From a virus, in the IMG/VR virus record IMGVR_UViG_3300020577_003088, positions 2,842-66,841 of that record: a stretch of 64,000 bases of DNA; one strand, written 5' to 3'. A model generated the notes under the pieces. It ran no database searches. It saw only the letters and a list, made by a program, of their open reading frames with translations, and had not been told where the DNA came from. Every line of letters begins with the position of its first letter. The first letter of the stretch is position 1. This document shows, one piece after another, positions 1 to 8,305 of this stretch. A program made the translations under genes and the position numbers.

Positions 1-1
1 C

Positions 2-1105
2 ACGGAGAGCCAATACACCTACATCATCGGCTGGCGCCGGACGGCGACCGAAGGGCAGCGGACCCGGATCGTATGCACCGGCAACCCGCCATCGACGCCT
101 GAAGGCTATTGGGTCAAGCAGCGCTGGGGCGCGTGGCTCGATCCGACGCATCCGAACCCGGCGGCCTATGGCGAACTGCGCTGGTACACGACCATCAACG
201 GCGTGGATACCGAGGTCTCTCAGGACTGGCGCGGCGTGGATGAGCACGGCAAGGAGATCAAGCCGACCTCGCGCACGTTCATCTTGGCCCTGCTCTCTGA
301 CAACCCTTACGTCACCCCGGAGTACCGGGCCGCCGTGCAGGCCATGCCGGAACCGCTGCGGTCGCAGCTTCTCTATGGCGACTTCAATGTCGCCGAGCGC
401 GACGGCTTTAACCAAGTCATCCCGACCGCATGGATACGGGCGGCGCAAGCCCGCTGGAAACCGGAGGGCCGCACGGCCCACAAGATGACGTGCATCGGCG
501 TGGACGTGGCCCAAGGCGGCGCGGATGAGACCGTTCTCGCCCGTCGTCACGGCGACTGGATCGACGAACTCATCGTGAAGGACGGCGCCGAGACGCCGGA
601 CGGCAACACGGCGGCGGGGATCGTCGTCACCTATCTGCGCGACCAGGCCATCGTCGCGCCGGACATGGGCGGCGGCTACGGCGGCGCGCTCGCCATGCGC
701 CTTGGGGATGTCAACGTCAGGGTCAACCCCATGATCCCGGCGGGCAAGGCGACGGCGGTTACGCAAGATGGACGGCTGAAGTTCAAGAACCTCCGGGCGC
801 AATGGTGGTGGCGGGTCCGTGAGCTATTAGACCCGGCCAGCAAGCGCGAGATCGCCCTTCCCCGCGACGAGCGGCTTGTCTCGGACCTCGCCGCCCCCAC
901 ATGGACGCTGACCTCTTCGGGCATTCAGATCGAAGAGAAGGACAACCTCCGCAAGCGGCTGGGCCGTTCGCCAGACCGAGGCGACGCCGTGGTGCTCGCC
1001 CTCAACTGCGACGCCGGGCCTATTTCTATCGCCGAGGCGGTCTACCAGGACATGCTTCACCGCAGCCAGAACACGGACTACAACCCCTTTACGGCCACCG
1101 AGTAG
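2..1105 (+). CDS. terL: Phage terminase large subunit, C-terminal part (5' end cut by window edge)
   Basis: Frame 2 is open from the first base of the window. VCTGNPP motif and C-terminal nuclease-like residues (DVAQGGADETV, RSPDRGDAVVLA) are typical of terminase large subunits. Portal and capsid genes lie downstream. Confidence 0.75.
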   Translation, partial: TESQYTYIIGWRRTATEGQRTRIVCTGNPPSTPEGYWVKQRWGAWLDPTHPNPAAYGELRWYTTINGVDTEVSQDWRGVDEHGKEIKPTSRTFILALLSDNPYVTPEYRAAVQAMPEPLRSQLLYGDFNVAERDGFNQVIPTAWIRAAQARWKPEGRTAHKMTCIGVDVAQGGADETVLARRHGDWIDELIVKDGAETPDGNTAAGIVVTYLRDQAIVAPDMGGGYGGALAMRLGDVNVRVNPMIPAGKATAVTQDGRLKFKNLRAQWWWRVRELLDPASKREIALPRDERLVSDLAAPTWTLTSSGIQIEEKDNLRKRLGRSPDRGDAVVLALNCDAGPISIAEAVYQDMLHRSQNTDYNPFTATE

Positions 1106-1121
1106 GCCGAGGAGCCGCGCC

Positions 1122-1199
1122 ATGCTGATCCCCGCCATCGTTCTGGGCATCGTCCTGATCGTCAGCCTCGCCATCGGCGGCGTGTTCTCGCAGGACTAG
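1122..1199 (+). CDS. Small hydrophobic peptide (25 aa, MLIPAIVLGIVLIVSLAIGGVFSQD)
   Basis: ATG with GAGGAG 9 nt upstream. Single predicted TM helix. Too short for the ORF track. Confidence 0.25.
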   Translation: MLIPAIVLGIVLIVSLAIGGVFSQD

Positions 1200-1242
1200 C
1201 GCCGGGCTTGTATAGCGTGACGCATGACCTTATCATCAAGGC

Positions 1243-1419
1243 ATGATCCGTCTCGTCCGCTACTGCGTCGCTTACATCCTATGGGCGCTCGGCGTCGCCG
1301 CTAACTGGATTGGCTGGTATGGCGCCTATCGCAAGTGCATGCTGCTGTCGGCTGACGTTCAAGGCGAAGGCGACTTCGGCCCATGGGAGGCGGCGATCCG
1401 AGAGCCGCGCGATCCATGA
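1243..1419 (+). CDS. Small hydrophobic protein (58 aa)
   Basis: ATG at 1243 with TGA at 1417-1419. Hydrophobic core YILWALGVAANWIGWYG. A TGTATAGC motif lies just upstream (1208-1215). Confidence 0.25.
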   Translation: MIRLVRYCVAYILWALGVAANWIGWYGAYRKCMLLSADVQGEGDFGPWEAAIREPRDP

Positions 1420-1531
1420 TCCGCTGCACACGCATCGCGGGCTATTTCCCCTCCCGGCATGATGCCCCGCCCTTCCGGCTCGGCGTAAACTCGCTGCGTA
1501 TCCGCGTCGGCGCCGATGCCGTTGTTTTCTG

Positions 1532-1828
1532 GTGGGAGCGGTGGGTGTGACGGAGCCTCGCGTCGTCAATCGTTATCGCGGCCCTGTCCCGCAAGACGCT
1601 ATCAACATCATGAGAGGGACACCCTTCGGCAACCCGTTCAAGATGGGACGCGACGGCACGCGCGATGAGGTCTGCGACAAATACGAGGCATGGATCATGG
1701 CCGACGAGCAAGCCGATTTGCTCGCCTACGCGCGGCGCAAGTTGAAGGGGCGCGTGCTCATGTGTTGCTGTGCGCCTGCTCGCTGTCATGGGGACACGCT
1801 TCTTCGCCTTGCGAACGAGGATTTGTGA
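1532..1828 (+). CDS. DUF4326-like domain protein
   Basis: RGTPFGNPF ... LMCCCAPARCHGD signature resembles DUF4326, a family common in phages. The start is uncertain (GTG at 1532 or 1547; GGGAG lies upstream of 1547). Confidence 0.5.
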   Translation: MGAVGVTEPRVVNRYRGPVPQDAINIMRGTPFGNPFKMGRDGTRDEVCDKYEAWIMADEQADLLAYARRKLKGRVLMCCCAPARCHGDTLLRLANEDL

Positions 1829-1900
1829 ATATCCCGCATCCGATATGGACGGCGCCGCCGTCGCGTGCCACGCTCAACGCGGGTCTGATGGAGTAAGGGA

Positions 1901-2152
1901 ATGGCGGTGAAACCCCCATGGCTAGACGAGGCATGCGTTATGGCGTCGGACGGCAAGCACATGCCGCAGCCATGGCGCTACGAAGAAGGCGACACTCCCG
2001 GCTTCGCCTGCCGCCACTGCCACCGCACATGGTCAATGACAGCGCCAGGCGTCTACCGCTCCACATGGGACATCCATGGCTGGACCGGGCGCACGTCAGT
2101 CCTTACATCCGAGCAGGGCGGATCGCTCAACAATCTCGGAGGACAGCCATGA
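1901..2152 (+). CDS. Hypothetical protein (Cys/His-containing, 83 aa)
   Basis: ATG with TAAGGGA RBS. CRHCH motif. ATGA overlap with the next gene. Confidence 0.4.
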   Translation: MAVKPPWLDEACVMASDGKHMPQPWRYEEGDTPGFACRHCHRTWSMTAPGVYRSTWDIHGWTGRTSVLTSEQGGSLNNLGGQP

Positions 2153-2322
2153 TTGGACGCTTCATCGCCCGCAACAAGTGGGCTTTCTCTCTCGGTGTGG
2201 TGGCCTTCGGCTTCACCTTCACGGCGGCGATCTTCACCGGGATCGACGCCTTTCCCCTCTTGACGGCCATCCCGGTGCTGATCGGCGCCGCGATTGACCA
2301 TCTGGCGGCGGCAAAGCAATAA
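2149..2322 (+). CDS. Small membrane protein (57 aa, two hydrophobic segments)
   Basis: ATG preceded by GGAGGA. Internal start within the track ORF 1918-2322. Hydrophobic FSLGVVAFGFTFTAAIF and LLTAIPVLIGAAI. Confidence 0.4.
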   Translation: MIGRFIARNKWAFSLGVVAFGFTFTAAIFTGIDAFPLLTAIPVLIGAAIDHLAAAKQ

Positions 2323-2335
2323 GGAGACGGAGAAA

Positions 2336-2545
2336 ATGGTAGAGCTAACGGAAGAAGTTCTTGAGGCGATGTCGAGGGCTTACTGCGCGGTAGACTATGA
2401 GGATGCAAAGTCATCTCCATGGGACGATGACGAATTTGCGCAAGAACCAGAGTTCAGAGAAGCGCACTTCGGCCCTATGCGCGCCGCCGTCGCCGCGCTC
2501 TGCGCGGCGGGCTTCGATGTCGTGCCACGGGTAGCGAAGACATGA
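2336..2545 (+). CDS. Hypothetical acidic protein (69 aa)
   Basis: ATG with AAGGAGA RBS 8 nt upstream. Confidence 0.45.
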   Translation: MVELTEEVLEAMSRAYCAVDYEDAKSSPWDDDEFAQEPEFREAHFGPMRAAVAALCAAGFDVVPRVAKT

Positions 2546-2648
2546 CCCCCGCCCCCTCCTGAAGCATACCCCCTCGCCTCCCTAAACCCCACACCCCGAA
2601 GCGCGGTACCTAACACCCCCTTTCCCGTGAGGCGCTTATCATGCGCCC

Positions 2649-2861
2649 ATGTGCCTCGGTGGAAAACCCAAAGTAACGGCGCCCGCGCCTGCGGTCATTC
2701 GACAGCCCTACCGGCAACCGAATGGCCGAGAGACCTTCGAGGTCGATGACGAGCGCAAGCGTCGTCGCGCCCTTGCGGCGGCGGCGATCTTCAATACAGG
2801 CGGCGCCTCTGGCGTCACCGCCCCGGCCAGTATCGGCACCGCCAAGCTCGGGGGAGGCTGA
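2649..2861 (+). CDS. Hypothetical protein upstream of portal
   Basis: ORF ending in an ATGA-type overlap with the portal start. The start is uncertain. Confidence 0.3.
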   Translation: MCLGGKPKVTAPAPAVIRQPYRQPNGRETFEVDDERKRRRALAAAAIFNTGGASGVTAPASIGTAKLGGG

Positions 2862-4642
2862 TGGCCTTCACGAATGTCGGCGGCCTGCCGCAAGGCTCCA
2901 CGCCCCTTAGCCTGCGAGACCGTCTCGACCGCCGCTGGGGCGCGATGGAGCGCGAGCGCGCCTCGTGGATCGAGCACTATCGCCTTCTCGCCGACTACAT
3001 ACTGCCGCGCCGTGGCCGCTTCATGCAGACGAAGGCCAACCAAGGCGCCCAGATCAACCAGTCGATCATCGACTCTACCGGCACCCGCGCTCACCGCACG
3101 CTGTCAGCGGGTCTCATGGCGGGCCTGACATCCCCTGCCCGCCCGTGGTTTCGGCTCATCACCCCCGACTATGACCTCAACGAGGTCGCCCCGGTGAAGA
3201 TTTGGCTCGGCGAGACCGAGCGGCGCATGCGCCAGGTCTTCCAGTCATCGAACTTCTACAACGCCCTGCATACGGTCTACGAGGAGCTAGGGCTCTTCGG
3301 CACCGGCGCCATGGTCATCCTCGAAGACTATGACACGGTGATCCGCTGCGAGACCATGACGGCGGGCGAGTATGCCTTGGCGGTCAACAATCGCCGCATC
3401 GTGGACACGCTCTATCGTCAAATCCGCATGTCGGTGCTTCAGGTGGTGCAGACGTTCGGCATCGAGAACGTCTCGTCCACCGTTGCGGATGCTTACCGGC
3501 GCGGCGCCTATGACGATTGGGTCGATGTCATGCACGCCATCGAGCCGAACCTCGACCGCAAAAACGGGAAGCTCGACAACCGCAATATGCCCTATGCCTC
3601 GACCTATTGGGAGGCGTTTAGCCGCGAGCCTGACAAGGAGAAGTTTCTCCGCCGCGAAGGCTTCCGCGAAAACGCGCTGGTTGCGCCGCGCTGGGATGTC
3701 GTCGGCAATGATGTCTACGGGCGCTCGCCCGGCATGGACGCCCTGCCCGACGTGCGCCAACTGCAAGTGCAGCAGAAGCGCAAGGGCCAGGCCGTCGATA
3801 AGTTGGTGAACCCGCCGATGCAGGCGTCCGGCGGCATGCGGGATCGCATGGTCAGCCTCTTGCCGGGGTCTGTGACCTTCGTAGAGGACTTCGCAGCGGG
3901 CGGCGGCGTCAAGCCCCTCTATGAGGTCGCGCCAGACATCGGCGCGTTGCGTGAAGACATCATGGCGACCCAGACGCGGGTCGAGCAAACCTTCTTCGCC
4001 GATCTGTTTCTGATGATCGCGACCTCGGATCGCCGCGAGATCACGGCTCGCGAGATCGACGAACGGCATGAAGAGAAGTTGCTTGCCCTTGGCCCGGTGC
4101 TGGAGCGCCTGCAATCGGAGTTGCTTGGCCCGGCCATCGACCGGACCTTCGCCATCATGATGCGCAACGGCGTGCTGACCGAGCCGCCGCAAGAACTGCA
4201 AGGCATGGACTTGCAGGTGGACTATATCTCGATCCTGGCGCAAGCCCAGAAAGGCGTGGCCACCGCTGGCCTTGAGCGGCTGTCCGCCTTCGTCGGCAAC
4301 CTTGCCGCCGTCAATCCTGCCGTGCTCGACAAGCTCGATTTCGACCAAGCGGTGGACGAAATGGGCGACATGCTCGGCGTTCCGGCCAAGGTCGTCCGCC
4401 CCGACGATATGGTGGACGCGATCCGGCAAGAGCGCCAGCAACAAGAGCAAGCCGCCCAGATGGCGCAAATGGCCAAGCCTGTGTCAGACGCGGCGACGGC
4501 GGCGAAGACCCTATCCGAGACAGAAATCGGCGGCGGCGCCAACGCTCTTCAGGTCATGCTGGGCGGACAGCCCGCCGACTCCAGCGTCGTCCTCCCGCCG
4601 GAAGACGAAGAGACCGGCCCCGTTCCGGCGCGGGCAAGATAA
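2861..4642 (+). CDS. Portal (head-to-tail connector) protein, T7 gp8-type
   Basis: 593 aa. N-terminal region (YRLLADYILPRRGRF...QSIIDSTGTRAHRTLSAGLMAGLTSPARPWFRLI) parallels the T7 gp8 N-terminus. Position fits the terminase - portal - scaffold - capsid order. Confidence 0.8.
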   Translation: MAFTNVGGLPQGSTPLSLRDRLDRRWGAMERERASWIEHYRLLADYILPRRGRFMQTKANQGAQINQSIIDSTGTRAHRTLSAGLMAGLTSPARPWFRLITPDYDLNEVAPVKIWLGETERRMRQVFQSSNFYNALHTVYEELGLFGTGAMVILEDYDTVIRCETMTAGEYALAVNNRRIVDTLYRQIRMSVLQVVQTFGIENVSSTVADAYRRGAYDDWVDVMHAIEPNLDRKNGKLDNRNMPYASTYWEAFSREPDKEKFLRREGFRENALVAPRWDVVGNDVYGRSPGMDALPDVRQLQVQQKRKGQAVDKLVNPPMQASGGMRDRMVSLLPGSVTFVEDFAAGGGVKPLYEVAPDIGALREDIMATQTRVEQTFFADLFLMIATSDRREITAREIDERHEEKLLALGPVLERLQSELLGPAIDRTFAIMMRNGVLTEPPQELQGMDLQVDYISILAQAQKGVATAGLERLSAFVGNLAAVNPAVLDKLDFDQAVDEMGDMLGVPAKVVRPDDMVDAIRQERQQQEQAAQMAQMAKPVSDAATAAKTLSETEIGGGANALQVMLGGQPADSSVVLPPEDEETGPVPARAR

Positions 4643-4716
4643 CGCCTGCTTAACCCTTTCACTCTACCCCAAATCACTTCACGGGTGACGACAACCGTCG
4701 CCGTTTGGGGAACCAC

Positions 4717-5286
4717 ATGAAGAAGCTCCTTCTCGTCACGACCGCCGCTATGGCGGGTCTCGCCGTTGTCGCCGCCCCTGCCGAGGCGAAGACGCTTTAC
4801 GGAGCCGCCCGCTACGGCGTGAGTGATGCCGACATCGACACTGGTTTCGGCTCGCTCTCGACCGATCAGGGCTCGACCTTCGGCGCCGAGATCGGCGTCG
4901 CGTCGTCCAACGGGCTGCGGGTCGGCGTGAGCGTGGATCGCGCCACGGCGGACATTGCGCTGTCGCCTGGCTTCTCCTTCGAGGGGCAGACGACGACGTT
5001 CGCGGTCGGCGCTCAATATGACGTGCTGTCTTTCGGCGACGCCAAGGCGTTCGTCGGCATCGGCTACGACTATACGAAAGCCGAGGTCAATGCAGGCTTC
5101 GCCTCGCTGGAAGGCGATGGCGACGGCTGGCATTACGATGTCGGCGTCTCGCATCAAGTCACCCCGACCCTCTCGGTCGAAGTCATGCGCCGCGCTCACA
5201 AGGGCGACCTCGCGTTCGATTTCTTCCCGAGCGATGTCAGCCTTGACCAGTCCGCATGGACGTTCGGATTGCGCGCGACGTTCTAG
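4717..5286 (+). CDS. Outer-membrane beta-barrel protein (Lom/Ail/OmpX/OmpW-like), probable moron
   Basis: Signal peptide MKKLLLVTTAAMAGLAVVAAPAEA. Alternating-hydrophobic beta strands. C-terminal ...WTFGLRATF with a terminal aromatic typical of OM barrels. Own terminator downstream. Confidence 0.6.
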   Translation: MKKLLLVTTAAMAGLAVVAAPAEAKTLYGAARYGVSDADIDTGFGSLSTDQGSTFGAEIGVASSNGLRVGVSVDRATADIALSPGFSFEGQTTTFAVGAQYDVLSFGDAKAFVGIGYDYTKAEVNAGFASLEGDGDGWHYDVGVSHQVTPTLSVEVMRRAHKGDLAFDFFPSDVSLDQSAWTFGLRATF

Positions 5287-5305
5287 TCCTTCCTTCGTGC
5301 GCATT

Positions 5306-5349
5306 GCGGCGCCGGTCGATTTGCTCCCGACCGGCGCCGCTTCATGTTC
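5306..5349. terminator. Bidirectional intrinsic terminator between convergent genes
   Basis: Perfect 13-bp stem GCGGCGCCGGTCG / CGACCGGCGCCGC with a 9-nt loop, followed by a T-rich run. It sits between the stop of the OMP gene (5286) and the stop of the minus-strand gene (5348). Confidence 0.6.
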
Positions 5350-5641
5350 ACCAGTAATAGATATGCGGACGCTTCGCCGGGGCGAAGGTCACGTCATCGA
5401 GATCGGCGTCACCCTTCGCGATGCGACGGAGTACGGCCTTTTCCTTGGCCCGGTACGGGCGGCGATGGAACGTGATGTCCCACCAGCGAGGCCACGAGCA
5501 CAGCCAGTTATAGTAGGGCTGGCGTTCGTGACGGCGGCGATCATGCCCTCCCCGGTTCGCACCAGTACGGGGGCGTTTGCGCTTGTAGTGCGCCATGTCG
5601 AAGCCTTTCGATTGAGCCTTACAACATGGCGATCTCCTCAT
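5348..5641 (-). CDS. Arg-rich basic small protein (hypothetical)
   Basis: Only minus-strand ORF in the structural block, convergent with the OMP gene. KRKRPRTGANRGGHDRRRHERQ... An alternative start at 5596 (MAHYKRK) has a GAAAGG RBS. Confidence 0.35.
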   Translation of the reverse strand: MRRSPCCKAQSKGFDMAHYKRKRPRTGANRGGHDRRRHERQPYYNWLCSWPRWWDITFHRRPYRAKEKAVLRRIAKGDADLDDVTFAPAKRPHIYYW

Positions 5642-5726
5642 GGCTGGCGCTGGCGCAACGCCAGCAATCCGCTCAACATAGCGGCCCCTTCACCCTTTGT
5701 AAACGGACGCAGCGGAGCATGACGGC

Positions 5727-5921
5727 GTGAGTGATCCCCTGCCTGTCCCGCTGCCGTCGAAGTTCGACCGCTACGCCGATATTCTGATCGAGCTATGCCT
5801 TGAGACACGCGCCAAGATTGCGAGAGTCCCGGCTGTAGAGCGCCCTGCTCTTGTCGAGATCGCCGAAGCACTCGATGCTGGCGCCGTGTTCCTGCGGGCA
5901 AGGGAGATCATGCTGAAATGA
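5727..5921 (+). CDS. Hypothetical protein
   Basis: GTG-start ORF ending in an ATGA overlap with the glycosyltransferase start. Weak support. Confidence 0.25.
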   Translation: MSDPLPVPLPSKFDRYADILIELCLETRAKIARVPAVERPALVEIAEALDAGAVFLRAREIMLK

Positions 5922-6553
5922 AAGTCGTCGCGGGCATCCCCTCTAACGGCTTCTGGCACGCCCGCTTCGGGCTCGCATGGTCCGGCCTTCTGGCGACAGC
6001 CTTGCAGGACTTCTCTCTCATGCCTATCGAGGGGCAGTCTTCCATCGTCGCCGAGGCGCGCAACGCCATTGTCCGCGCCGCTGACGAACTCGGCGCCGAC
6101 GCTATCCTGTTCCTCGATACCGACATGGAGTTCCCGCCGTGGACGCTCCATCGTCTCGCCAGCATCGACAAGCCCATTGCGGGGGCGACCTATCGGCAAC
6201 GCTTCCCCGGCGGCGTTGTGCTCGGCCACGAACTCGATGGCGAGCGCATCGTGATTGATCCGACCCAGCGCGACTTCCGCGAAGTCGCCGATCTGCCGAC
6301 CGGCTGCATGCTTGTGCGCCGTCGCGCATGGGAAGGCATGCGACGGCCTGTGTTCCGGTTTGGCGTGGACGAGCAAACGGGCTCGACCATTGGCGAAGAC
6401 GTGCTCTTCTGCCGTCGCGCACTGGAGCGCGGCATGAGCGTCTGGCTTGACCCCTTCCTCTCACAGCACGTCAGCCATTACGGCGCCGTCGCCTTCCCGA
6501 CCTACATCCCGCCCATGGAGATACACTATGACAGCCCGCAAGCTGCTGAGTGA
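5918..6553 (+). CDS. GT-A fold glycosyltransferase (family 2-like)
   Basis: VVAGIPSNG first strand, DTD (DxD) in ILFLDTDMEF, TGCMLVRRR and GEDVLFCRRALERG motifs typical of GT2. AGGGAGA RBS. Confidence 0.6.
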   Translation: MKVVAGIPSNGFWHARFGLAWSGLLATALQDFSLMPIEGQSSIVAEARNAIVRAADELGADAILFLDTDMEFPPWTLHRLASIDKPIAGATYRQRFPGGVVLGHELDGERIVIDPTQRDFREVADLPTGCMLVRRRAWEGMRRPVFRFGVDEQTGSTIGEDVLFCRRALERGMSVWLDPFLSQHVSHYGAVAFPTYIPPMEIHYDSPQAAE

Positions 6554-6917
6554 CCTTGCCGCCCAGGCTGGCTGGGTCATGCGTGACATCGACGAAAAGG
6601 CGCGCACGGCGCCGAAGAAGTCGGGCTCTGTGTTCTTGATCGACGAAAAGCGAGCAACCAAGCCGCTCGCCGCCGCCGCCAAGAACCGCATCATGGAAAG
6701 CATGACGCGCGTCGAGACGACCAATTATGTCGTCCGCGTCTGGCGCAATGAGCCTGACCTATTGCCCAAGGCGAACGACGACATCGTGCGTGCGCTCGCC
6801 GGTCTGGAAGAGCGCCGCGACATCATCGAAGCCCTCGAAGCCTTGCCGGAGGTCGTGGCCATCGAAGTGCTCGACCGCCAAGGCAATGGCGTGCTCCTCT
6901 ATCCCGACTGGAACTGA
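6528..6917 (+). CDS. Hypothetical protein (130 aa)
   Basis: Internal ATG of the track ORF with a GGAGAT RBS. Overlaps the glycosyltransferase end. Confidence 0.4.
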   Translation: MTARKLLSDLAAQAGWVMRDIDEKARTAPKKSGSVFLIDEKRATKPLAAAAKNRIMESMTRVETTNYVVRVWRNEPDLLPKANDDIVRALAGLEERRDIIEALEALPEVVAIEVLDRQGNGVLLYPDWN

Positions 6918-7156
6918 TGCCCTCCCCCGGCTTTGCGCTTCAGCTTAACCCGCCATGGCATATTGTGACGCCGCTCGGGGAAGGCTTCGCATTCGCACTG
7001 CTGGACTACGGCCCGGCGCATGTGAACTCATGCGTCGTCTTCGCGCCCTTCGACGGCGGCTTCATGGCCCATGTCGATCTGTGCGAGTGCAAGCCTGCGG
7101 GCAATGCGATGTATGACATCCCGCATCCCGAACCGATCAAGGATCGCAACATATGA
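6917..7156 (+). CDS. Hypothetical protein (79 aa)
   Basis: ATG overlapping the previous stop (TGATG). ATGA overlap with the next gene suggests coupling. Confidence 0.4.
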   Translation: MPSPGFALQLNPPWHIVTPLGEGFAFALLDYGPAHVNSCVVFAPFDGGFMAHVDLCECKPAGNAMYDIPHPEPIKDRNI

Positions 7157-7491
7157 GCCGTGAGCGTATCGAGCAGGCAATACGGCGGCGTCAGTTAGCG
7201 GTCGAGAACGGCCTGCGAATCATGCTCGACGATCCCGATGGTCGGGCTTTTCTCTGGTGGCTGCTTGAACTGGCCGGGGTCAACCGCATTTCCGCCGCCC
7301 GCGCCACCGACCAGTCTGACTTCATGCCGCACGCAACGATGTTCGCGGAAGGCCAGCGCAACATCGGCAACATCATCTTGTCCCGCCTACTTGACCTCGA
7401 TCCCGTCAGCTATGCGCGCATGATCCAAGAGAACCGCCCCCAGCGGGTCGAAGGCGGTCTCGGCGCGAACATCATCAGCGACGACGACTAG
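7153..7491 (+). CDS. Hypothetical phage protein (112 aa)
   Basis: Translationally coupled ORF in the head module. Confidence 0.45.
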   Translation: MSRERIEQAIRRRQLAVENGLRIMLDDPDGRAFLWWLLELAGVNRISAARATDQSDFMPHATMFAEGQRNIGNIILSRLLDLDPVSYARMIQENRPQRVEGGLGANIISDDD

Positions 7492-7572
7492 CCCAACACA
7501 GCACGCCCGAAACCTCGCCGATAATCGAACCCGAACGACCGTGCATGCCCGCTCGGTCGATAGGATTCGATC

Positions 7573-8295
7573 ATGGCGGAACCCGCCGCGCCTGCGCCTG
7601 AAGCCACCCCCTCCGCCCCTGCCGCCCCGGCAGCGGACGCGCCGCCTGCTGCGGCCTCGCTTCTTTCAGACGCGCCGCCCGCCGATAGTACCCCTGCGGA
7701 GTCCAAGCCCGCAGACGGTGCGCCTTCCGAGCCTCCGGCGAAGAAGTCGCTTCTCTCTGAGACCGATGACGGCAAGACGCCTCAGAAAGCGGACGCTCCT
7801 AGCGACGCCAACAAAGGTGACACTCCGGCAGAGTATCAGGCGTTCACGCTCCCTGACGGAATGACGCTCGATGAAGAGACGCTGGCCAACGCCTCGCCGA
7901 TCTTCAAGGAGCTAAACCTCGACCAGGCGGGCGCGCAAAAACTGGTTTCGTTCTACGCGGAGACTGTCCAGAAGGCAGAGCAATCTCTGCTTCAGGAGCA
8001 GATGGCCAATCAGGTGCGCGTCATTGAAGAATGGCGCGCGGCGACAGCAGCCGACCAAGAAATCGGCGGCGACAAACTCCAAGAAAATCTTGGCATCGCA
8101 AAGCGTGCGTGGACAGCGCTCGCCTCCCCTGAGTTGCGCCAAATGTTCGACGATTGGGGGATTTCAAATCACCCGGAAGTCGTTCGCCTCCTCTATCGCG
8201 TCGGCACGAAGCTCTCCGAAGACACTTTCGTTCCCAACAACGCAGCATCGCAGCCAAAGCCGCAAACTTTGGCCGGTGCGCTCTATGAAAACTAG
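7573..8295 (+). CDS. Capsid scaffolding protein (putative)
   Basis: Pro/Ala-rich acidic N-terminus and helical C-terminus. Located immediately upstream of the major capsid gene, as T7 gp9 is. Confidence 0.5.
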   Translation: MAEPAAPAPEATPSAPAAPAADAPPAAASLLSDAPPADSTPAESKPADGAPSEPPAKKSLLSETDDGKTPQKADAPSDANKGDTPAEYQAFTLPDGMTLDEETLANASPIFKELNLDQAGAQKLVSFYAETVQKAEQSLLQEQMANQVRVIEEWRAATAADQEIGGDKLQENLGIAKRAWTALASPELRQMFDDWGISNHPEVVRLLYRVGTKLSEDTFVPNNAASQPKPQTLAGALYEN

Positions 8296-8305
8296 GAGCT
8301 AAGTC

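Noticed and set aside
3287-4468. 393-aa minus-strand ORF inside the portal gene
   Set aside because: Antisense to a well-supported portal CDS. Long spurious ORFs are expected on the opposite strand at ~65% GC. No RBS or motif.
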